NCBI GenBank assembly: GCA_051294375.1
Contig: CM119270.1
Coordinates: 21,284,324 to 21,348,323, forward strand
DNA length: 64,000 nucleotides
Direction: 5' to 3'
Origin: Paraspadella gotoi
Taxonomy: Eukaryota > Animalia > Chaetognatha
Below, piece by piece: positions 37,711 to 50,715 of the stretch. The notes beneath the pieces are model-generated. The model was not told the DNA's origin. It searched no databases and was given only the letters and a program-made list of their open reading frames with translations. Positions within the stretch are counted from its first letter, which is position 1. Each line of letters opens with the position of its first letter. Position numbers and translations under genes: made by a program.

Positions 37711-40700
37711 CTTATTTTATTTTTAATGATTTTAGGATCATTTACTATGAGAAATTTTTTGTTTATTTGTTTGCATAAATAATCACAAAAATATACAAAT
37801 AGTTGTTATCTATTTCTTTGGAAGAAATTATAATATAAAAATCAATAATAGCTCATAACGTTGGAATTAGGTCCAGAGATATAGTAATATGCTTTTAATT
37901 GATTATAATAATAACAGAAATTACTCGTTAAACGCAACTTTCCCAACGAAATATTCATGAATGAAACAGAGCTCCAATTTAAAATGTATAATAAGAATTT
38001 CCGTACAAAAAAAACCCCAATATTTTGTCAGTTATCACGTGACCTTCATACAGAACTTGTGATAAATCGTCTTTCCATAAAAAGTTAAAAACCTTTTCAT
38101 AAAATCTCTAGAACGCGAATTGTTTAAAAAAAAAGCTTTTTCCTCTGACCATTTTTTTTCTTTTGACAAAAATCTTTTAGATCCAAAGTGAAAATCTACT
38201 TTCTTAAGATAAAATAAAACTTGAATGAGAAAAAAAATGAAGGAAAAAGAAAAAAAAATTACCTGCGGGCTGAAAAACTATGGGGGCAAAAAGACCCAAA
38301 AGAGGCATAATAAGACTTTTTTGAGATAAAAAAAAATTCTTTTGAAAAAATCCTTCCATATTTCCCGACTTACTCTGGCCTGTTGTCTCGATCTAAAGAG
38401 AAGTTTTATTGAGAGAAAGGTTTCTCTCTCTCTCTTTTTCCCCAGCCTTTCATGAGGCATCAAAAGGCGGGGAAAAGAAAAGGGAAAAAATGGAGAAGGT
38501 GACCTCAACATTTAGAGAGAAAAAGAGAGAGTAATGTCAAATTTCATAAAACGGTCGACCCCTTGAAAAGAACAACAATTTTAGAGAATAATGTCATTTT
38601 ATGGCCAGAAACTTCAGAAACTTTCTATTGATTATTAAATTCTGCAATAAACCAAAACTCTGTTCACGAATTAACAACATTTTTTTCATTCATTTGATAG
38701 GTAGGTTTTTTAATTCATTAAATTTTTTTGAAAAAAATTTATGTACTAAAATAAAACAAGCTTGATAGTCTGCAAGTATTAAGGTTTGTTTCTTATTGGT
38801 CAGTAAACAATTTCTCCTTATATCATAATATATATAATAATATATATATGTAATATATCATAATATTAATACCATGGTATTAAATTGGTACAACCAATAT
38901 ATTGGGATTGTATGTAAGGATTTCTCATAAAAATATTTTCAAAATGCGTTTTTGTATAGTATTCGATCATACAATAGTAGTAGTTTTAGCATTTTAGGAA
39001 ATAACTCAGAAAAGATAAAAAAAGGGAAAAAAGTATATATTAACAAATTTAAAAGTGTTTGTAATATACATTTTTGTTAAGATAATAAAAAGAACGAAAA
39101 CAAAATTTTTACCAAGGTAAAAAATAAAAAAAAGAAAATAGCAAAGTCCCGGGTCCCCTTAACAATTTCATTTTTTTCTGATTTAACATCTTTTATTCTC
39201 TTTTTTTCACTTTAAATTCACAGAGGCGAGTGAAACCGTGAGATTCCATCGGCCTCACAACACCCCCCTACCCTCGACGCCGCCTCTAACCTCCCCCCCT
39301 CTGTCCCCCCAAACATGAGAAGTGAAAACACTTTGAAAAGCGACGTTGGTTATTCCGCTCATCCATTAAATAAAAAGCCGTCTCTCGTTTAGAGTTGCGC
39401 CTTTTTATGTTTAAGCTTAAACAAACATTTTTCTTTTCGTAGATAACATTGTTCATTTGTTGAATCAACTGATGGAATTTTTTTTTCGGGGACGAAATCG
39501 CGGTCAGCCGATCGGCGATAAAATATTCAGCCGATCGACGGGCGATTCTTTAACCTCGACATTTATATTTAGAAAAATTACGCCCCCTCCCCCCCTTAAA
39601 CTTGCTAAAATATGGGGCGGAGCTTCATTTGAAAAGATGACTATATGATGTATCGATTGACCAGAGGAACCCGGATAGAATGTTAAACGCCTTTGATAAT
39701 TAAATGTTTTTAGATAGTTATATGAAAAAAAAGATTTAAAAACAAGTTTTCAAAAAATATGCGACGGAATTTTTTTAACCTAAATAGCATTGTCTTCATG
39801 ACGTTAATATTACAAATGTTTTTTCTGTAAATTTGTCAATTCACTTTAAAAGATTTAATGTTCGGTTTTATACTTTTCAAACTTAGCTTTTCGAATTTTG
39901 TTACAATTTATGCTTTACTCTAAAATTTATTAAAATCCACCTATTCTTTATATATTATTACTCAAATTACAGAATACAAAAGAAATAAAAAAATATATTT
40001 TCAATCAAGCAAAAAAGCCTGAATGAGTTTACAATCTGTTTCTTTTCTGTTTCTTTTCTGTTTCTTCTTTTGATTCTTCTGTTTTCGTTATTTTGTTCTT
40101 TGTGTCTTCATGTTTTCTGTGTGACCGAAAATTAACTAGTTTTTTTAAAATGAGGCCAAATAATTATTACCTTTATAGAATTCCCGCTTTTCCCCTTTCT
40201 GTCCCTCTTAAACTGAATTACATCCTAAATTACATCTTAAACTTAATTACATCCTTCTCAACCACAAATCCAAAATACTTTTAAACTTTCCCATGGCTAA
40301 TATGTACAGTCGTCTGCCGAATAATTTAGATTTAGCCTGAGAAATGATTTTTTTTCTTGGACATTCGTCCTCCTTCATTCGTTCGACACAAAGAAAACTT
40401 AATTTCTTGTTCCAGTTTAGTTTTTTTGGTCAATGAACTTTTTCTCTTTTTTTTTTTTTTTTGGTCCAGTTTCGTGTTAGAACTACGTTATTAAAGAATC
40501 ATTGTGTCCCGTTCTATGTCCGGCTGTCCCTCTGTCCGTTAAAGAGAAAAAAAGAAAGAGTTCCAAAGGATTTTTAAATCTTGAGAAAAAAATTGCGATG
40601 AAAGAAAAGAGGACAGGAAAAGAGAGAGAGAAAAAAAAGTTTGATTGTCTGGAATCGAACCACTAAATCTTGAGAAAATAGTTCCCTTTTTTTTTCTTCT

Positions 40701-40805
40701 AGGATAAAACTGGAAATTAGAGTGAAAAAAAAAGAAGTGTACTATATGAGAGGACAGGAAATATAAAGCAGGTCGAACTTCCGAGTTTTTTTCCCAAGGA
40801 TAGAG

Positions 40806-40869
<64 letters not shown>

Positions 40870-40915
40870 GGGTTTTTCTTTTGAAATTGACTCACTTTGA
40901 TCCAGCGCATGAAAA

Positions 40916-41007
<92 letters not shown>

Positions 41008-42503
41008 GGTGGTATGGGAAAAAAATGGTCTTGAAAAGAAAGGGGGGAGGGGGGAAAGATCGCGCTCACGAATTTTAAGACTGAAAATATCGACACTTCA
41101 CTAAAATAGATTGAATCTATGTGAATTTGTGAGTTTAATTGTCGAAGCTTAATAAGTAGATGAAGATAAAAATAATAAGACTTAAAACTACAACGACGAT
41201 AATACAACAACAACGACAACAACCAATAAAACCTCATGAGTTAAGATTCCATCCTTGTTGTTGTTGTTGTTCCACTTTCTTCACCGAGTCACTTTTTTTG
41301 TCCCAGTTCACATGGATTCCACTTTTTTTTCCCGCGTCGAAGGATGACCGGAGCAATCAGGACGTTTCACAGTCCGTCGTCGCCATCGTCGTCGTCGCCA
41401 TCTTCGTCGTTCTATTTTCTTCTCCTCATTTTCCTTTTTTTTTCTTTTATCTTCTCAGCCTCTTAAAAAAAACTAACATCAAGATTTTCTTTCTTTCCTT
41501 TTATTTCTTTTTTTCTTCTTTTCTTTTTCCTTTTTTTAAGAACTTTCTTCCCCATTCTTTGATTTTTTTTAATATTTTCTTTCTTTCATTCTTTCCTTTT
41601 TTTCTTTCAAGTTTTTTTTCTTTTTCCGGTACCAAAAAAAATAAAAAGAACTCGGTGGGTCCATCTCAACTTTTTTCTATCTTTATTATTTTAACTTTCT
41701 TTGTTTCTACTCTTCTACTCTCTCTCTGCTCTCTCTCTCTCTCCTCCTGTCTTCTTCTCTCTCTCTTCTCTCTCTTTCCTTCCGTTCCTCCCTTTCTTCT
41801 TCTCTTTTCCTGCGGTGTCTGTTCGTCCCCCTTCCGTTTACCTAATCCTCACTCACACACCACCAAAAAAAGTTCCTTTTTTCCCTTCGAATTGTAGGAA
41901 GATCTGTGTCACTCATTCACAAAGCCTGACCTCCTTCCCTTTATTTCTTTCTAAAAAAAGCACATTTTGTGAACCTTGTCTCTTTTTTTGTGATGTTTTT
42001 TTGTGATGTTGTTTTTTTTTCGGTTTCTTCGTCGCGCGATCATTTTTCGTTTCCCTTTTGTTTCTCCTTTTTTTATTTCTTCCGTTTTTCTTTGTTTTTT
42101 GTTTCCGAATTTATTTAACCATAAAATTGGTTTTGTTTTATTTTTTTATTTTAGTTCGACGATAATTTTTTTGTTTTATTTTCGTTTTCTTTTTTTTTTG
42201 TTTTAAGTTTTCTTTATTTTATAACGTATTACATTTTTTATCCAAAAACTTAAAAACTTAATTCTTGGATTTTAAAAAAGTTGGGGGGAAAATGTATTAT
42301 TAAAACAAATTGTAAATTTCATAATTATTATTATTGAACAAATTTTTTTATATACACACTTCGATTCATTTAATTGTAAAGAGGAGAAAAACTTTATATT
42401 CACGAGCAGAAGAGATTTTGATTCAACTTCTATGTAAATAGTAGAAAACCCCTTCTGATTTAACAGTTTACGAGGCAACAGCTCTTCATTCGGGGATTGA
42501 ATT

Positions 42504-42535
<32 letters not shown>

Positions 42536-42871
42536 TCTCTCTCTCTCACTCTCTCTCTCTCTTTTACTGTTAGTTATTTGAATCTTTATTCTTGGCTTAA
42601 AATATTCCGATATTGTATGAATTTGATAATGACTGTCCTATTGTTGCTTATGGTTCTTGTTATTTTTGTATTATTTTATCAAATTTTGAAAATTCAAAAT
42701 TCAAAATTGAAAATGACACCATCAAGAGATGCGAAACGGGATTAATTCGCTAGTTTAAATTATATTTGCCAAAGGTTTTGTTATAATTATGCGTGGTCAA
42801 ACGAAGTAAATTTATAAATATTTACGCGAGTCTAATCGGAGTAATGGGCCCATTGCGGCTTGAAAAAAAAA

Positions 42872-43296
42872 TTTGGGTCCTATAGTGGTCACCGCCTGCG
42901 GTCTTGTCAATCAAGTGTTATTATCATACTGACTCCGTCTCTCTTGGGTCCGCATAGGTCACCGCCTGCGGTCTTGCATACAAGCGGTTTATTATCATAC
43001 TGGCTCCGTCTCCTCTTTGGTCCTATAGTGGTCACCCTGCGGTCTTGCTCGATACAAGCGGCTTATTATCATACTGGACTCCGTCTCTCTTTGGTCCATA
43101 GTGGTCACCGCCTGCGGTAACATTAGAAATCACAAGCGGTTATTAACATACTGGCTCCGTCTCTCTTTGGTCCCATAGTGGTCACTTCCTTAGGCCTTGC
43201 CATACAAGCGGCTATTATCATACTGACTCCGTCTCTCTTTGATCCCATAGTGGTCACATCCTGCGGTCTTGCCATACAAGTGGCTATTATCATACT
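42872..43296 (+). repeat. Minisatellite, ~72-75 bp unit, ~6 copies
   Basis: Unit approximately GGTCCCATAGTGGTCACCGCCTGCGGTCTTGCCATACAAGCGGCTATTATCATACTGACTCCGTCTCTCTTT. Confidence 0.92.
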
Positions 43297-43364
43297 GCCG
43301 CCGGGATAGAACCACGGATCGCGCGTCGGGATCGATGAGTTGGCATTCTACACTATAGGAGACT
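43297..43364 (-). mobile_element. Degenerate tRNA-like (Pol III A/B box) segment, possible SINE head
   Basis: Minus strand has TAGTGTAGAATG (A-box-like) followed ~30 nt later by GGTTCTATCC (B-box-like). There is no acceptor stem, so it is not a functional tRNA. Confidence 0.35.
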
Positions 43365-44119
43365 AAGGAAAGAGAAAGATGGTAAATTTTTGGCCTGTAG
43401 TACAGGCCCTGTACTTAACATTACTATGTCTCTAAGAGAGAGTCCCGATTAAAACATTCCAGTTTGTTATTATTTTGTAATAGGGATGGAGGCCTAAAGC
43501 CACCCTAGCTTGTCCGAAGTCAAAAAGCGAGATAAGTGTATTCATTAAATAAATGGGTAATTTTTATATTGGTTATACTCTGGAGGTCAATAAACAAGAC
43601 GGTGAGAGAGTCTTGTTTGAAAGCTTGCAGGGTCCTGTTATCTTATTATCTTGTAAGAGTGATGGATCAAAGATGGCTTATTTATCAAAAGTATGTATAA
43701 TTTTTTTTATTTGCACAAATTTCATAAGGAAAATTCCTTTCCCATCGAAAAAAGTGAGACACAATAATATTTTTTTTCTTTTTCTTTGTCTTTTTCTATA
43801 TCTTTTTCCCATGACTGAGATTTAGGAAAAAGAAAATTGTTATTAGAAGGAGGAAGAAAATGTCCAGGGAAAAAAAGAGAGAAATCTAGATCTAGTAAGA
43901 ACCAATTTAAACGCCTAAAAAAATAAGAGGAGTATGAGGAGGAGGAAGAGGAGGAGGAGGTAGAGGAGGAGGACAACAAAAAAAACTATAATCGAATTCG
44001 AAAAAAGAAAATAGATCAAAAAATTGGGATCAGTGGGTCAGACTTGACGATAAAACGCTTTTGCGTATATTTAAACTGTCCGAAGTAGAAGGGAAAAAAA
44101 CGGGGGGGGGGGGATAAAG

Positions 44120-44157
<38 letters not shown>

Positions 44158-44183
44158 ATCTAATCTCATCTCCTCTCTCTTTC

Positions 44184-44224
<41 letters not shown>

Positions 44225-46016
44225 CTCTCTCTTTTCTCTCGTTGCCTTCTCTGTCTCCGTCGTCGACTTTTGAAAAATTCGGCGATGTTTTTTTTTTGGT
44301 CGTCCGTCGTCGTCCGTCGTCACGTCGTCGTCGTCGTCGTAAGGCATCGACCTCTTCCCGTCCGTGGACCCGTAACCCTCGGTCCCTTGACGCTCGTTGG
44401 ACCCTGAGACGTTTTTTTCGTGACTCTTCCGTTTTCTTCTTCCTCCTTCTTCCGTCGACGAAATCAAAATTCACGGAATTGGATGAACTTTTTTCACTTT
44501 CACGTTTTTTCTCGATTCACAAAAGTTTTTCTCCTCTTTTTTCCATCTTCATCTACTTTTTTTTTCTTTCTTCATTTAAATAATGATAAAAAAATTAAAT
44601 CAGATATACTTTTTTTTATTTCACATCTAATTTTTTTAAAGTAGTTTTTTTTTAATCAAATGAGATCTCGCTAGACGGTGAATTTTCGATCCGACTATCA
44701 GCTGCTCATCATAACAGTTTTTTTACGCAATCGCTTAGTTTTTTGTTGTTTTTTTCAAAAAAGAAAGCAACCAAAATCAAAAGATTTATATAAACTTTTC
44801 TTTAGTTTAGTTTGCATATTTGTTTGCATATATAATTATAATCCATTTCTAGCCTCAGCTTTCCAGTTTTCTCACGCCAGTATTTTCGCGCCTTTTCTTT
44901 CAAATCTCCTTTTTCTTTTAACTTAATCTTAAAAGGAAAAAGAATCAAAAATAGAAAAACTAAAAAGGACAAAACCAAGAATAAAAGGAAAGAATCATCT
45001 TCTTAAAAAAGAACAAAAAAGAACAAAAAAGGCTTCACTTTTTCATTATTTCATCATCGCTTTACTTTTTTCTTTTCTTTTTCAAATTTCTTTTCATTTA
45101 CAACTTTCTTCTTACTTTCTTTTGTTCTTTTTTCTCTCTTTTTTTTTTCAAAATCATTTTTTTATCTTCGGTTTTCTTCACTTTTTGTTTCATTGTTTCA
45201 ACTTTTCTTTTTCTCTGAAATTTTCTTCAATGTTTTTTATTCTCTCTTTTTCCTTTTCTTTGTTTCTTTTTTTTCCCTTTTCTTTCTTTCATCCTCAACT
45301 TTCTTGAGATTTAAATTCTTTTTGTCTCGACTTTTTTTAACCTCAACTTTCTTGGAAAATCGTTTTTTTCTTTCTATTATTTTTTGTTTCAACTTTTCTT
45401 TTCTTTTTCCGACGGGATTCCTTTCACCTCTCGATTTTCTGCTGCAAGATATTTTTTTTATTTTTTCACTTTTTTTTCACTTTATGAAAACTCTTTTTCT
45501 TTTTTCTTTATAATTTTATACCCCAAGTGACTTAATTTATCTTCAAATTGTGAAGAGGGCGCTAAAATACAATTAAAGTAAAAGAAAAAAACAGGTGGAT
45601 AAAGACAAGGAGGAGAGAGAGATGAGAAGAGAGAGAGAGAGAAGAGAGACTACTTGCTTCTCCAACCAAAAATTACAACGTCATTTCACAATTTTAAATT
45701 TATTATTTGTACAAAAATAATTAAAAATATGAGCAAAAAGTCAAGCATTTCAATTTATTCTGACGCCATCTTTGATTCGAACTCACGAGGACTCTCGACT
45801 CTTTGAGGACGTTAAACTGGAGGACTCTGAACCGCGTAGGTCTCGAGTTCAATCCACTCTCCCCCTGATGCGAAACCGACATGTGGAATTCCTAATCCGA
45901 GAATTACTACCAGGGTTTTACAATAGAATTTAAATGGGGTTACGTGTGATTGAGATTGAAAGGAAACGCAATGGACCCTCTCTCTCGGTTACAATAACAC
46001 GCGACTCTCTTTCTGT

Positions 46017-46048
<32 letters not shown>

Positions 46049-46229
46049 CTTCTCTCTCTCTCTCTCTCAGTTCGGTGTCTTCAATTCCATTCCAAACCCT
46101 ACAAGTGCGCGGACTACAAAAATGAAAAAAAAATCGTTGGAATTAAATCTCTTCGAAAGGTTAAATGGCGCGAGGGAGTTTGGTCGGTCGTCCGTCCTGT
46201 CTGTCTTTAGAGTTGAGTTAAATGTTTTA

Positions 46230-46264
<35 letters not shown>

Positions 46265-49200
46265 TTATTTATGATTTATTTATTTATTTCACTCATTCAC
46301 TTCATTCATTCATTCATTTCATTATCATTCATTCATTCATTCATTAATTCATTTCATTCATTCATTCTTTCACAATGTATGTCTTTATCTTCTCCTGTAC
46401 TTTTATTCTGTCCCTTTTACGAAAACCCGCTTTTCTCAGAATTGTCTTTTTCCATATTTCTTTCCTCTTTTCCCCGTACAACTCTTTTTATGTTTTCTCC
46501 ACACCACACTCTCTCTCCTCTCTCTTTCTCTTCTCTCTCTCTCGCTCTCTCTCTCTCTCATTCTCTCTCGTCTCTCTCTCTCACTCATTAACCAACTTTT
46601 CATTTAAATCTTGGTGTCTATTTGGGCCGGAACCCTCTTTCCCTCCTCCTCCTTCCCCTCCTCCTCCCTCCCCTCCTCTCCCTTCCCCTCTCTCCTTCCT
46701 CCCTCCTCCCTCTTTCCCTCTCCTCCCTTCCCCTCCTCCTCCCTTCCCCCCCCTTCTCCCCCCCAAAAAATAAATATGGTCGACGTCCGCCCATTCGAGA
46801 GACGAAGGTAATCGGTTACCGACTTACGTCGCCAGTATTGTTAATTTTTTTAATATTATTTTTATTATTTGTTAAAAATTTTGTTTTCTTTGGTTTTCAA
46901 TTTTCCTTTCTTATTTCCTATTTTTTTATCTTTTCCCTCCTTTCCTTATTTCTCATTTATTCTTTCCTATACTAGCTTTCTATTTTCCTCCCATCGCTTT
47001 TCTCACTAAAATTGATTTCATCTTTTCTCTTTTTCTCTCTCGTCTTACCTTACTCTTTTTTTTTTCCTTCCTACTTCTTTCCTTTTTCTTCCCTTATTTT
47101 CTATATGTGTTTTCCTTTCTCCGATTCTACAAAATTATATAAATTTATATATATATATTATAATATTACAGTAAAATATTTCCCGATAAAGTCAAGCTGC
47201 AAATCTTCCATGCATCGTCGTCGTCTCGTTCGTCGTCGTCTCGTCGTCGGTCGTCGTCGTCGTCGTCGTCGTCGTCCGCTTTTCTCTGGAGCGACGGGAG
47301 ATCCATTACAATTCCGCGACGCGATTGTTCCCCGCCGCCGCGCCGCCGCCGCCGCCGCCGCACGCGGATTACATGCCTCCAGGAAAAAATAAAATATCTA
47401 TCAGAAAGGGAGCGCAAAAAGGTCATGTCACCGGAATTCGATATTCACTGTTTTAATGACAGAGTGGAATGCGTCTTGCGGGATTTCTGACCGAAAAAGA
47501 TTCGAAAAATTGTAAATTTCTTTTAATCTTTCACCTCTCTTTACTTTCTAAAATAAAAAAGACTTTTTTTGATGTTCTAGCGTCTGGGTCTAATATCTTG
47601 TCAATTGTATAAATGATACGGCGCGTTAGAAAGCTACGTTCACCTTTATCATATCCCAAAAATCCAATGGGCGCTATTTTTTTTTCTACCATAAATTATA
47701 TTTTTTACTTATATTAGTCCACATATTTTTCTTTAAAAATTACAAAAACATTTTTACTATGGTCACTCGTTTTACCAGGTGTATCACATCTGACAATATC
47801 TATGTGTTTTCATTAGTCAAGAAAGTTTCCTTGATCCTCAGTTTACAATGCAGATTCAATAAGCGATTTCATAAAATTAAGAGAGAAAGTTTTATTTTGC
47901 CATGAGTACTGAATTATGAAATGGATTCAAAATATATAAAGAATTAACTTACGTTTCCGCTGAAATTGAATTTTCTATGTAGTTACTCGTTTACTCAGGT
48001 TTATCATATTTAAAAATTTGACAATGTTTTATTAGTTAGTAAAGGTTTTGGCATATTACGGTCTGTAGCGGATTTTAGCGAGTTTTGAGTTTTTAAGAAA
48101 GAAATTAACCTCACCAGTTGATAAGTCAATCATCGGAAAATAACATAAGAAAGAACTAGTTTCATATGTTTTCTCTTGTACGACTTTCTTATATTCGTTT
48201 ACCCAGGGTTTATCCTAACTTAGTATTCATGTCAGGTTTTAAGGTCAATCAGTTCCAGCATTCGAGGTTAATGCGGATTTAGCGATTTTGATGTTTTAAG
48301 GAGAAACAAGCTTTGCCCAATAACTACTCCACCTCAAAAAATAACAAAGAAAAGAACGAGGGTTTTCAATTTTTTCCACTATTTATTTGATTGAGTTTGT
48401 TTATGACAGGTTTCTTATAAAAGGGAAAATTTAGGTTTAACAGCTTGCTCCGAGATTCCCATTGATGAGGGTTGAAGCGAATTCTTTTGCGTTTTACTGT
48501 TTTAATGGATAACTAAGCCCAACCAGTGAACCCATCAGATATCCGAAATTAAAAATATAAAACAGGCGGAATCTGGGCCTGCTGCACCGACTCAGATTCA
48601 TGTCATTCACGTTAAGGTCATTGTCACGTCTGTCATGTCACGAGAATACACGCATAAGTAGTCACTGCGGCGCAACACATTGAATTACATTTTGTTTTAT
48701 AAGTTTTGCGTATTGTCGTTCTTAAAGTCGCATGTGTTTCTGTCATCTGTCCTTTTCTTTTCCTCTTTTTCTCTTCCTCCTTCTTCAATGTCTTTGCTTT
48801 TGTCGTTTTCTTCTTTGTTGTCTCTTTCCACATTGTCCTTCAATGTCATCGTTTTAATAGATCTTCGTCGTCATCGTTGTCTGTTTTAGTCCTCCACCAT
48901 TGACAACGTTTGTTGTTCTGATGTTTCTCTCTTTTCTTTCTCTCTCTCTCTAGTCTCTGTCTGTCTCTCTCTTTCTCTTCTGTCTTCTCTCTGTCTCTCT
49001 CTCTATCTCTTCTGTTCTTTCTCTCTCTATCTCTGTACGATCTCTTGCTGATCGTTTGAAAAAATTTTGATTATTTTTTCCTTTTAAAAACTGTTATTAT
49101 CCGCCATTTATTCCACGCTTTCTCAATGCCAAAATCCCAATTTACATCGAGATTTTCTTGATTTAATTCTCTTTCTTTCTCTCTCTCTTTTCTTCTTTCT

Positions 49201-49309
49201 CTCTCTTCTCTTTCTTTCTCTCTCTTTCTCTCTCTCTCTTTCTCCTCTCTTTCATCAACACGTATTGTTTGTATTTATTCTATGATGAATTGAGTATCAT
49301 TCACATCAA

Positions 49310-49535
49310 TGAAATGGACTATCATCGCGATCAACCATTTGGTTATGACACATCATCATTTGGTTCATCATCACATCGATCATTTGATTATTCATCGCTC
49401 AATTAATGGTTCATCATACATTCAATTATTGGTTATCGATCGCATCAATATTTGGTTATCATCGCATCAATCATTTGGTTATTATCGCATCAATCCTTTG
49501 GTTATTCATCGCATCAATAGTGTTTGGTTATTATT
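49310..49535 (+). repeat. Degenerate ~22-24 bp minisatellite (mirror ~55435-55660)
   Basis: Repeated ATCATCGCATCAATCATTTGGTT-like units. Confidence 0.8.
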
Positions 49536-50036
49536 GAAGGGCTCGATCCTCATTCTTTTAAGATTTTTTTGTCCGACTCTTGATGTTTTCACAATATTTA
49601 ATAATTCTGAAGTTAACTGACGAATGTGGGTCATACGAAGAAATGTGGACAATTAGTGATCCATCCAGGCGACTCCTAAGCAAAAAGTGAGTTTCTAATG
49701 ATATGCATAGTTGTAGCTCTGTTACATATTCCTAAAATCTTAGATACAGGACTATAACTAGCAATTTTGTATAAAAAGATTATAGCGAAACAAAAATTAT
49801 GCCTTAGAATACATACTAAAGTTTATTCTGCATATCAATTACATATATTAATATTATCGTTGTATTGAAGGTAGATTGATCTATGTACTTATTCAAAACT
49901 AAATGAAGTAAAAGATTAGAATATTTTTCTGAGTATATTAATTGGATAACATGGTGACTACCTCAATCGGGGGTGGGGTGGGATGTTGGCATGATCCCAT
50001 AACCATGTGCGCAAAAGCACGAAACAGGAATGAAGA

Positions 50037-50715
50037 GGATAGGCGGACGGTGAGGAAGGTAGCAGGGCGTTAACCTGAGGCCCTTTTTTCAAAATATAAC
50101 ATTGTACTAGAATTAGGCGGGACGGAGGAAGGAGAGTCAGGGCGTGTTTAACCTGGAGGCCCTTTTCTTTCAAAATTTATAACACTTGGTGTACGAGATA
50201 GGCCGCGGCACAGGAAGGAGGCAGGCGTTAACCTTGCGTAAGGCGCTTTTTTCAAAAGATAACATTGTGTTAGAGATAGGCGGACGGGAGGTAAGATAGC
50301 AGGGCAAACGTTAACGCTGGAGGCCCTTTTTCAAAATATAAACATTGTGTACGAGATAGGCGGACGGAGGAAGGCAGCAGGCGTTACCTGGAGGCCCTTT
50401 TTCAAAATATACACATTCGTGTACGAGATAGGCGGACGGAGGAAGAGCAGGGCGTTAACCTGGAGGGCCCTTTTTCAAACTATAAACATATGTGTACTCG
50501 AGAATAGGCGGACGGGGCAGGAAGGAGCAGGGCGTATAACCTGGAGGCCCTTTTTTTCAAATATAACATTGTGTTCGAGATAGAGCGGCACGGAGTGAAG
50601 AAGTGCAGGGCGTTAACCTGGAGGCCCTTTCAAAATTAACATTGTGTACGGATAGGCGGACGGAGAAGGGCAGAGGCGTTACCTGGAGGCCCTTTTTCAA
50701 AATTATAACATTGTG
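50037..50715 (+). repeat. Minisatellite, ~72-80 bp unit, ~9 copies (mirror copy 54254-54932)
   Basis: Unit approximately GAGATAGGCGGACGGAGGAAGGCAGCAGGGCGTTAACCTGGAGGCCCTTTTTCAAAATATAACATTGTGTAC. Confidence 0.92.

Noticed and set aside
42872-43296. CRISPR-like array (also 50037-50715)
   Set aside because: Whole units repeat with no unique spacers, no cas genes, and the context is eukaryotic.
44240-44480. GC-rich block with a minus-strand ORF (also 41240-41420, 47200-47390, 50715-50900)
   Set aside because: Could be exons or UTRs, but no consistent splice chain or domain was found; dominated by (GAC)n/(GCC)n.
45860-45885. Hammerhead-like CTGATGCGAAAC
   Set aside because: The core should be CTGANGA with a stem II before GAAA; neither is present.
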